This document shows positions 56,414-64,000 of a DNA stretch of 64,000 nucleotides, piece by piece. The notes beneath the pieces are model-generated. The model was not told where the DNA came from. It made no database searches and saw only the letters and a list, made by a program, of their open reading frames with translations. Source of the stretch: Desulfurococcales archaeon (GTDB lineage Archaea; Thermoproteota; Thermoprotei_A; Sulfolobales; Desulfurococcaceae); the NCBI GenBank assembly GCA_027022365.1, contig JALVYU010000031.1, forward strand, positions 96,001-160,000, given 5' to 3'. The position numbers and the translations under genes were made by a program. Positions within the stretch are counted from its first letter, which is position 1; every line of letters starts with the position of its first letter.

Positions 56414-56679
56414 TATCAGCGGCAGGAATACTTCTCAGACTAATATGGCAGCTCGCCACACTACTATTAGAGCTCAAAGCGACCCTCTGGATTAAGAAGA
56501 TGATCTATAAGCGGAGATTCAAAGAAAAAATCAAAAACCTGCCTCCATCTCTACAGGAGGAACTAGTAAAATACTATGAAGAAAGAATAGACAAATACAC
56601 AATAAACCTAAAAGAAGTAACAAGGATGATGAGCTCGGGAAAACAGAGGCTAATCGATGAAGAAGGTCTTGAGTACTGA
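56410..56679 (+). CDS. Hypothetical small protein with hydrophobic N-terminus
   Basis: The GTG start overlaps the previous TGA (GTGA coupling); 89 aa. Confidence 0.6.
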   Translation: MISAAGILLRLIWQLATLLLELKATLWIKKMIYKRRFKEKIKNLPPSLQEELVKYYEERIDKYTINLKEVTRMMSSGKQRLIDEEGLEY

Positions 56680-57084
56680 ACATATTATATAAAATTATTT
56701 TGAATAAAGGTTTATTTGATTGTTCTAAAAAACGACTGGCTTCAACTTGTTTTTAATTTTACTCTTTCATTTCCTTGTAGAAGCTATAGTGAAACATTCC
56801 CCACAAATGCAGAATACAATGGTCTCTAATATGGAGAAATCGTACCTCATGTTTAATAGTTAGTTTACAACAGGTAAAGTATTGGCGGCCAGAAATAAGT
56901 CGTGTAACAACGGCTTACGGAGCTCTTAGAGTTCATGGGCTTAACAGCTCAATATCTCTAAGGGTCACCGGACGCTATCTCTGTACCATGAGGTTAGTCC
57001 CTTATGGGATAGAGATCCTCTGTATGAGTAGTTCATCTGGTTGTGATGAAAAATATTATTACCACGTTATGAATAATTTATAAT

Positions 57085-57603
57085 TTGATGGCAGGCTTGA
57101 ATATCAGATTAGTTCTGCTCACGATCTTTTTGCTCTTCGTTATCACGGGCTCGCTCATAGTTCTCGAAATTAATAGAAATGTTGTGATAAACCCCTACAA
57201 GAAGTATGTTGTTGTAAAGAAATATGATGATTGGGAGGTAATCTCTTGGCTGGAGCCTGAGAACATATTCCCTAATCAGAACTTTGTGATCGGTACAACG
57301 ATAAAGTATCTTGGTACCAAGACTTATAGGGCGTACGTGGTTTTCCCGATAGCGCACGAGATCACTGTTAGGAACGCCGAGAACGGCAGTATAGTTTATT
57401 CTTTTGTGGCTCCGACTATTACTCGTTTAGAGACCATTAAGCCGGGCACCACGTATAATTTCTCCATAGCGATAGGCCCCGGCCCTCATGCAATTAATCA
57501 TGTCTTTGCGCCGGGAAAATATATTGTCGAGTTAAAAGTAATAGTTCCCGCCACTAATTCTTCGGGCGTGGTCGATATTAATCTAAGGCTTAATGTGAGG
57601 TAG
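57085..57603 (+). CDS. Membrane-anchored Ig-like (beta-sandwich) hypothetical protein
   Basis: N-terminal TM; beta-strand pattern with IKPG and PGKYIVEL. Confidence 0.7.
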   Translation: MMAGLNIRLVLLTIFLLFVITGSLIVLEINRNVVINPYKKYVVVKKYDDWEVISWLEPENIFPNQNFVIGTTIKYLGTKTYRAYVVFPIAHEITVRNAENGSIVYSFVAPTITRLETIKPGTTYNFSIAIGPGPHAINHVFAPGKYIVELKVIVPATNSSGVVDINLRLNVR

Positions 57604-57632
57604 TAGTACAACAATGGATCATATTTAAAACA

Positions 57633-59339
57633 TTATTTTTCACGGCTTTCCTCCATGAGCTCAACTATTCGGAGCAAGGTCTTCCCCGCATCAGTGAGGC
57701 TATAGCTTTTTCCTAGGAACTTTGCCTTTCTCGCTATGATGAGCGCTGTTTTAACAGTATCTATGTCCAGCTTGGTCTCGTTCACAAGTCTTGCTATATC
57801 GTCCGTTCCTATTTCCTGTATCTTCATCAGTACCTTGATTAGCGGCGGATATATGGGTGTGGCAATACCTTTCTCGACACCCATCAATACCTGTTTCAGC
57901 ATTTCGCCGATATCTGTAAGTATTATGTAGCCTATCGGGGTTGTCTTGACATAGCCTCTTGTCTCGAGCTTATCCAGTACTATGTTTATGTCCTCACCAT
58001 ATCTCTTGAAGGAATCTATGATTAGTTCTCTCGGTAGGCTTTTGCCTACAGGGAGCCTTCTTATAATCAATGCTTCGAGGCCTGTGAGGAACAAGTTCTT
58101 CTCAGCACTCCTCGATGCTCTCTGGAGAGCTAAGCCGTACTTTGTCGGGCCCCCCGATCCGAGAATTCCTTGATCCTTGGCTATACTGATCCATTTCTCT
58201 AGAGGTCCTCTACATGCGTCAGCCTCTATAAGGCTCCTTGAGGCCAGTACTGATACGGGCTTAGATTGACCAGCACGAATTATTTCGTCTGCGTATTTAG
58301 TGGTCTTGAATGTTTCCTTCTTATTGAATTCTATGCGTTCTACGAGACCCATGGATTCTAAGTGGTAGAGGGTTAGCGTTATGCTATAGTATTCGCCGCA
58401 CCACTTGTTCTCCAGAATCTCTTTGAGCTTTTTAAGGGTTGGCGCTTCTTCGGGATTGTATTCGGTTTTCTTCCACTGCTCAACAATCTTCTTCAGTAGA
58501 AGGAGCTCCTTGGAGGATATACTGTACGGCGGGGTCTCTTCAGGTCGGCTTAGTAGCTTCCAGGCCCTGATAACTTGTTTTGCAGCCCTTGTCAAGGATC
58601 CCGTTCCTGAGACATAGCCTATTTTGCCTATTATACTTCTGATCTCGCCAGGTATATCCTCGCCTTTCTCGAGCCTGAGCAAAGCTTCGTATATAGTCTT
58701 GTTCAGAAGAACAGGTACCGGGGCATCAATATTTAGCTCCCTAAAAGCAATTCGTAGGAGCCTAGCTGGCTTGGTTAGCGATAAGTAGTGCCCGTACGGC
58801 ACGCTCTTCGTGATAAGCCCCATCGCTTCCAGAGAGTCCAGGAAGCTAGCCATACTATAGAAGCTCTTCTTTGCAGGCCCCTCCGGTACAGAAAGGATCT
58901 CAGCCGCCATCACCTTCGTAATCACTAATCTCTTCTCCATCGAATCAAGTGCTTCAATAACTTCATAGGCTCCGAGGGCTGAACCCTTCTGGAATAAGAA
59001 TCCTCTTTCCTCTACGAGTTTCTGGAGCTCCTCGGGCACGTAGCCGCCTGCCTCGACGCTGGCTTTTAGTATAGTATATATTCTCGAGTCGATCCAAGGA
59101 TCAGTGCTTGGCTTTCCAAGAGAATCCCAGATCTCAAGTATTCTTCTCGCTTGATCAGTTGTCCTGAACTTATCAGTATCCATTAAATCCACTAGTCCCT
59201 GCACATACATATCAATGAGTATCTGGAAATGTTCCTTCTTTGTACCCCCAACTATCTCCTTAACATCCTCAAGCGTAAACCATCCTTTATCCATCTTATT
59301 CTCAAGCACTCGAAGCATCTTCTGGGTGATGTATACCAT
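57633..59339 (-). CDS. DUF505-like multi-winged-helix protein
   Basis: WIDSRIYTILKASVEAGGYVPEELQKLVEERGF, repeated LExxGL...LTxxG wing motifs and C-terminal LTDAGKTLL. Family recalled from memory. Confidence 0.6.
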   Translation of the reverse strand: MVYITQKMLRVLENKMDKGWFTLEDVKEIVGGTKKEHFQILIDMYVQGLVDLMDTDKFRTTDQARRILEIWDSLGKPSTDPWIDSRIYTILKASVEAGGYVPEELQKLVEERGFLFQKGSALGAYEVIEALDSMEKRLVITKVMAAEILSVPEGPAKKSFYSMASFLDSLEAMGLITKSVPYGHYLSLTKPARLLRIAFRELNIDAPVPVLLNKTIYEALLRLEKGEDIPGEIRSIIGKIGYVSGTGSLTRAAKQVIRAWKLLSRPEETPPYSISSKELLLLKKIVEQWKKTEYNPEEAPTLKKLKEILENKWCGEYYSITLTLYHLESMGLVERIEFNKKETFKTTKYADEIIRAGQSKPVSVLASRSLIEADACRGPLEKWISIAKDQGILGSGGPTKYGLALQRASRSAEKNLFLTGLEALIIRRLPVGKSLPRELIIDSFKRYGEDINIVLDKLETRGYVKTTPIGYIILTDIGEMLKQVLMGVEKGIATPIYPPLIKVLMKIQEIGTDDIARLVNETKLDIDTVKTALIIARKAKFLGKSYSLTDAGKTLLRIVELMEESREK

Positions 59340-59456
59340 GTGCTTCACCTAGCAATTCCATATTTCGTTGTACTATTTATATAGTTTATCATGATATGAT
59401 ACAATTGATTTTGATAAAATAATATTATACAATTATTATTACAAAGAAAAATTATC

Positions 59457-60275
59457 CTATATAGAATTAGCAAGTCTAATAATAGATGATGCAACAACAT
59501 CGGGCTTCTCATAGAGGATCATGTGCCCAGCGTCTTCGAGGATAATCAGTTTGGAGCTGGGTATAAGCTCATTTATCTTCTCAGCGACCTCGGGAGATGT
59601 AACTACATCGTCTCTTCCAACAATAATTTCGGCCTTGACACGAGTCTCTCTTAGTTTTTCAGGAGCCCTCCAACCATCAAAAAATCTAGAGTACCTGAAC
59701 ACATGTGGCGGCAAACTCTCAATATACTTGGTGTTATCCCACATGAAATCCTTGAAGATCTTGTTCGGGGTTCTAGGGCTGAAAAATATTTTCCGGTAAA
59801 ACCTTCTCGTCAACGGGTTGTTACTGAAGAATAATGGCTTCCAAAACAGTGGCGGCATATGAACTATTATCTTATCAATAAAATCCATTTTCAACTCGTA
59901 GGGAGGCCCGACAAGAAGCGTTGCTGGTATATCATTGTACTTAGCAATATACTCCATGGCAACTACGCATCCGAAGCTGTGCCCCGCGACAAGAGTCATA
60001 GCCGGATCAAGATCCAGCGACTCCATAATACCCCTAAGATCCTCCACATAATCATCAATACTTACAACCTTGGGCTTCTCAGAGCTACCATAACCCCTCA
60101 TATCTGGAACAACAACCGTATAGTTCTTCGTCTCTAGAAACCCTAGCACATGCTTCCAGTTATTCATCTGGCCAGGCATTCCATGCAATAATATAATGTT
60201 AGGATTGCTCCCTCTTCTTAGTAAGATCTTGAGTCTTACCCCATTAATGGTTAGATATACTATTTTGGGCTTCAA
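59457..60275 (-). CDS. Alpha/beta hydrolase
   Basis: LLHG, DMRGYGSS, nucleophile GHSFG, GRDD and AGH catalytic triad. Confidence 0.9.
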   Translation of the reverse strand: MKPKIVYLTINGVRLKILLRRGSNPNIILLHGMPGQMNNWKHVLGFLETKNYTVVVPDMRGYGSSEKPKVVSIDDYVEDLRGIMESLDLDPAMTLVAGHSFGCVVAMEYIAKYNDIPATLLVGPPYELKMDFIDKIIVHMPPLFWKPLFFSNNPLTRRFYRKIFFSPRTPNKIFKDFMWDNTKYIESLPPHVFRYSRFFDGWRAPEKLRETRVKAEIIVGRDDVVTSPEVAEKINELIPSSKLIILEDAGHMILYEKPDVVASSIIRLANSI

Positions 60276-60491
60276 AACAACACCACATTATATTATTTAC
60301 GGTTTAATTATAAGGGTTTAATATTACTATGTTATCGATGATTTTTTATCTCGAACCACTACTATCTACGGAGCATCTTAATCTGGATAAGCTATTCGGA
60401 GTTATTAAAATAGTGATATGATGATTTGTGATACAAAGATGGTTCTCTTGTAATTAAACCCGAGCTAATAATAGATCTAATGAAGTAAAAC

Positions 60492-61157
60492 GTGGTGAGA
60501 GCCTTATTGTATGATAATGAGTATACTCAAGAGCTAGAGAAGGTCTTGTACAGGGTTTCAAAGACCCTTTTAAGATATTATTATGTCACGCTCGGAATAG
60601 TCTACATATGTTGGGCTATATGGGTATCCTTGATGCTTTTAGTTATGTTGATTGTGGCTTTCACCGGCGTCCCTTACTATGTTTATTACTCTATCATGAT
60701 ACCGTCCTGGCTCGTTATGCTTGTATTGAATTTCAAGAAAATTCCTGAAGTTATTAGAGGCACTGTCTCATTATCAGGGAGACCCATGGAGTTACAGATC
60801 CTCGCTAGGAGGATCCGTAGGCTCAGCTCTATATTCTGGATAGCTGGAGTTATAGTATATATCGTTATGATCGTTATAATACCATTGATTAATAAATCAT
60901 ACATAAATACTTCGTCGGCCTCGGGATTAATAGTATTGCTAGCAACAGGTAATCTAGGAATATTTTATTCTCTCAAGAAATATAGTGGCATGTGTATCAA
61001 AATACCAGTTATAATTGTCTTAGGAATGTATATTGCAGCCCTACTGCTTTTCGCTATAAGTGGAGCCGTCATTTTCATTTGGAGCTATGCCGTGAGTGTA
61101 TTAGTGGTTTCATATTTATCGTTTGCACTATATTGTCTCCTATTATCTATAAGGTGA
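60492..61157 (+). CDS. Hypothetical integral membrane protein (about 6 TM)
   Basis: Six hydrophobic segments; AT-rich. Confidence 0.7.
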   Translation: MVRALLYDNEYTQELEKVLYRVSKTLLRYYYVTLGIVYICWAIWVSLMLLVMLIVAFTGVPYYVYYSIMIPSWLVMLVLNFKKIPEVIRGTVSLSGRPMELQILARRIRRLSSIFWIAGVIVYIVMIVIIPLINKSYINTSSASGLIVLLATGNLGIFYSLKKYSGMCIKIPVIIVLGMYIAALLLFAISGAVIFIWSYAVSVLVVSYLSFALYCLLLSIR

Positions 61158-61504
61158 CCTGTTTTACAGCGATGATGCGTATGAGAGACTCTACAAAGAA
61201 AATCATTGAACTACTCAGGAAAAGAGGATTTAGCTCTTCTATCAGATTGGGTATTATGATCTATCTCCTGGCTAAGAAAAAAGTGTTCTTCATGGATATG
61301 GTGAGCGATCTTAATATCACTCCTGGAAATCTATGGAGCCACTTGATCAAGCTTCAAGAGGAGGGATACGTAGAGATCAAGTATGTTTTATCAGGCCGTC
61401 CGAGAAGACTAGTAGTTCTAACAAATAAAGGAGCTGATGAAATACTGTGTCTTCTCAATGAGATAACAAAAATACTAAACCTACTAGGTGTCAATGAAAC
61501 TTAA
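61154..61504 (+). CDS. Winged-helix transcriptional regulator (ArsR/HTH_34-like)
   Basis: IRLGIMIYL, LNITPGNLWSHLIKLQEEGYVE and LTNKG. The start may be GTG 61154 or ATG 61172. Confidence 0.8.
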   Translation: MTCFTAMMRMRDSTKKIIELLRKRGFSSSIRLGIMIYLLAKKKVFFMDMVSDLNITPGNLWSHLIKLQEEGYVEIKYVLSGRPRRLVVLTNKGADEILCLLNEITKILNLLGVNET

Positions 61505-61658
61505 TTAGCAGTATGAGGGAACATAATTGAATTATTTACGTACCTCTAGAGAAGAAAATTAATGCTAGTATCAATCAGGCTCTAGGACGCCCTTAAAACC
61601 GGAATCGCGGCCGGTTCATTAATTACAGACAATATATTCAACATAAATGGGATGAGCA

Positions 61659-61868
61659 TTGGTCAGAGTCAGGGTAAAGATCATAGATACTGATCAAGAG
61701 TGGCTCGTCGAAGCAGAGAACGGAGCCAGGATTAGGGATGTGCTCGAGAAACTGGATCTCAATCCAGAGGAATATATTGTATCTAGGAACGGCGAGGTAG
61801 TGGCTGAGGACGAGGAAGTAGGTGAGGGCGACCTCATAATACTTTACCCGGTGGTCTCAGGTGGTTAG
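61659..61868 (+). CDS. Ubiquitin-like sulfur carrier (ThiS/MoaD/TtuB/SAMP family)
   Basis: 69 aa, RNGEVV, C-terminal PVVSGG; overlaps ttuA. Confidence 0.9.
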   Translation: MVRVRVKIIDTDQEWLVEAENGARIRDVLEKLDLNPEEYIVSRNGEVVAEDEEVGEGDLIILYPVVSGG

Positions 61869-62868
61869 CTGTAGTTTCTGTGGGCGAAAAGCGGTTTATG
61901 TCTCCAAGGCCTTGGGGAGAGCATACTGTAAGAAACACTTCCTAGAATACTTCGACAAGAAGGTCAGACGCACGATCAGGAAGCACAGGATGTTCAGCGA
62001 GAAAGAAACAATAATTGTAGCCGTTTCCGGTGGAAAAGACTCTCTCGCTCTCCTCCACTACTTAGTAAGGCTATCAAAACGCGTCCCTGGCTGGACTATT
62101 AAGGCATTACTCGTGGATGAGGGGATCAGGGGCTACCGCGAGATAACGATAAAGGACTTCCTACGGGTAGTGGATGAACTCGGCGTAGAGTACAGGATCG
62201 TGAGGTTCAAGGACGAGCTGGGATACACGCTTGACGAAATAATAGAGATAGGTAGACGGAAAAAACTGCCCTACCACCCATGCAGCTACTGCGGAGTATT
62301 CAGGAGATACCTGCTCAACAAGGCCGCGAGAGAGATGGGCGGAACAGTTATCGCTACAGCCCATAATCTTGACGACGTGATCCAGACTTACCTGATGAAC
62401 ATAATCAAGAATAGCTGGGAGAAAATAGTCAGGCTAGGCCCGGTGAGCGGTATAACTGGTCATCCTAGATTTGTGAGGAAAGTAAAGCCCTTCTACGAGA
62501 TACTCGAAAAAGAGAGCGCTCTCTACGCCGTCCTGAACAATCTCTACCCGAAATTCGTGGAGTGCCCATATGCCCAGCAGAGTATGCGCTGGTATCTACG
62601 AAAATACATTAATAACCTCGAGGAAATGTATCCTGGGACCAAATACTCTATGTTACGGAGTCTCCTCCGGATAATACAGCTCCTAGAGGACAAGACAAAC
62701 AAGATCATAGAGGGCGAGATCAGGAGCTGCCGAATATGCGGGGAACCAGCATCCCACGATCTATGCAGGGCATGTACATACAGGCTAGAACTGGGAATCA
62801 TGGACGAAAAAGGCAATATTATCAGGAACATAGATACAGGAGCTTCAGGGAACCAGCTACCTAGATAA
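61861..62868 (+). CDS. ttuA: tRNA 2-thiouridine synthetase TtuA/Ncs6 family
   Basis: N-terminal zinc finger CSFC...CKKH, PP-loop SGGKDS, CSYC, HNLDD, ECPY and C-terminal CRIC...CRAC. Confidence 0.88.
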   Translation: MVSCSFCGRKAVYVSKALGRAYCKKHFLEYFDKKVRRTIRKHRMFSEKETIIVAVSGGKDSLALLHYLVRLSKRVPGWTIKALLVDEGIRGYREITIKDFLRVVDELGVEYRIVRFKDELGYTLDEIIEIGRRKKLPYHPCSYCGVFRRYLLNKAAREMGGTVIATAHNLDDVIQTYLMNIIKNSWEKIVRLGPVSGITGHPRFVRKVKPFYEILEKESALYAVLNNLYPKFVECPYAQQSMRWYLRKYINNLEEMYPGTKYSMLRSLLRIIQLLEDKTNKIIEGEIRSCRICGEPASHDLCRACTYRLELGIMDEKGNIIRNIDTGASGNQLPR

Positions 62869-62973
62869 CAATTAAACATATCACTAAGTCACTGTTAATA
62901 ACCAGTTATAGCTCAGAAATAATACAATTATTTCTTACATATATTTCTTACATAAATAAGAAGGGATAAAACT

Positions 62974-63927
62974 ATGAAGCCAAACCCGAGACACCGTGTT
63001 TTCACGAGCGTCATAGAGCTCATACCAAATATATGGCCTACACCTTTAGTCAGATTATCCTCGCTCTCAACGGGAGAATATAATCTATGGGCTAAGCTCG
63101 AATTCTTCAACCCCTTTAGTCACAGCATAAAGGATAGACCTGTCTGGAACATGGTTGTCAGGGCACACAGGAAATGTATTGAGTGCGGAAAACTCTACGA
63201 GGCGACATACGGCAACGTAGGCATAGCACTGGCATCTATATCCAATATCCTCGGAATAAAGTTTAGAGCATATATCCCGAGACCGACCCCCAGAATAACA
63301 GAGGTGCTGCTCAAGATACTGGGAGCAGAGATTATACGAACAGATTACGACACAATATCTCCCGAAATGGTTAATATGGTGAAGAAAGAGGCTGAGAAAG
63401 ACGGTGCTATGAACCTCAACCAGTTCGAGAACGATGATAATCTAGAGGCTCATCTGAAATATACTGCACCAGAGCTCGACGAGCAGCTCTCAAGTATAGG
63501 GCGGAGCCCACCCCACGCCATAATAGCCGGCATAGGGACATCTGGACACATTAGCGCATTATCAATGTATTTCAAGAAGAAGTACGGTGATAGGGTCAAA
63601 GTAATCGGCGTTATACCTGCTAAGGGATCATCAATACCCGGGATAAAGAGGGTCGAAGCAGGACCAAAATGGCTTGCTGATGCGGATATAGATGAAATAG
63701 TCGAGGTGAGTAAAGATGAGGCTATAGAGGCCTCGATCCTAGTGGCCAGGAAAGAGGGATTACTCGTAGGCCTTAGCTCAGGTGCAGTGCTGAGCGCGTA
63801 TGGGAAGATCAAAGAGAAATATGGGCCGGGAGACTATGTCCTCATATTCCCGGATGACATATTCAAGTACATAGAATATTTCGATGATTACTTCTCGAGG
63901 AAAGGAGATAGGAAGCTTTTCTGCTAA
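62974..63927 (+). CDS. PLP-dependent cysteine synthase-family protein
   Basis: PTPLVRL, AKLEFFNPFSHSIKDR (PLP Lys), NQFEN, GIGTSGH, IPGI, EGLLVGLSSGA and IFPD...KY motifs. Confidence 0.88.
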   Translation: MKPNPRHRVFTSVIELIPNIWPTPLVRLSSLSTGEYNLWAKLEFFNPFSHSIKDRPVWNMVVRAHRKCIECGKLYEATYGNVGIALASISNILGIKFRAYIPRPTPRITEVLLKILGAEIIRTDYDTISPEMVNMVKKEAEKDGAMNLNQFENDDNLEAHLKYTAPELDEQLSSIGRSPPHAIIAGIGTSGHISALSMYFKKKYGDRVKVIGVIPAKGSSIPGIKRVEAGPKWLADADIDEIVEVSKDEAIEASILVARKEGLLVGLSSGAVLSAYGKIKEKYGPGDYVLIFPDDIFKYIEYFDDYFSRKGDRKLFC

Positions 63928-64000
63928 AAACGCTCATCATTCCTTCAAATAATCCTTGGTATGTGTTTTATTCTGTAGTATAATACATAATAATATTATT

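Noticed and set aside
61576-61620. GC-rich hairpin AACCGG/CCGGTT with a minus-strand CTGA, as a possible C/D sRNA
   Set aside because: The C, D' and C' boxes are too degenerate to support a call.
1-64000. tRNA, rRNA, CRISPR arrays, transposases, integrases and inteins
   Set aside because: None recognised by eye. The intergenic gaps are short and lack regular repeats or cloverleaf motifs, and the protein lengths are normal for their families.

Overview
Gene-dense, mid-GC archaeal chromosome segment. It most likely comes from an anaerobic, peptide-fermenting crenarchaeon of the Desulfurococcales type; this is inferred from the class I LysRS, archaeal-type LeuRS, GGTGA/GGAGG Shine-Dalgarno motifs and the gene families present. 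The core is a ferredoxin/H2 energy island (about 18.4-39.5 kb). It holds a 13-gene Mrp-linked group 4 membrane-bound [NiFe]-hydrogenase in a rearranged order, followed by a thioredoxin-CcdA fusion gene, plus hypF, hypC, hypE, a maturation protease and two four-subunit 2-oxoacid:ferredoxin oxidoreductases. A third, two-subunit oxidoreductase lies at 51.6-54.2 kb. Other genes include apgM, moeA, tfx, an HD phosphohydrolase, lysS, leuS, an Fe-ADH, a sugar ABC transporter, glnA/lrp, a lone sufC, a DUF505-like gene and a ttuB-ttuA-cysteine synthase cluster. The most unusual items are (1) a cluster of three Trp/Tyr/Pro/Met-rich low-complexity microproteins behind a palindromic putative operator, (2) a gingipain-like C25 protease on a coiled-coil stalk with a C-terminal membrane anchor, (3) a glycosyltransferase that seems to need an ATT start codon, (4) a candidate box C/D sRNA, and (5) a cysteine synthase with TYGN in place of the conserved TSGN loop, next to a ubiquitin-like sulfur carrier. 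I saw no rRNA, tRNA, CRISPR array or transposase. All family assignments come from reading motifs by eye, not from database searches.
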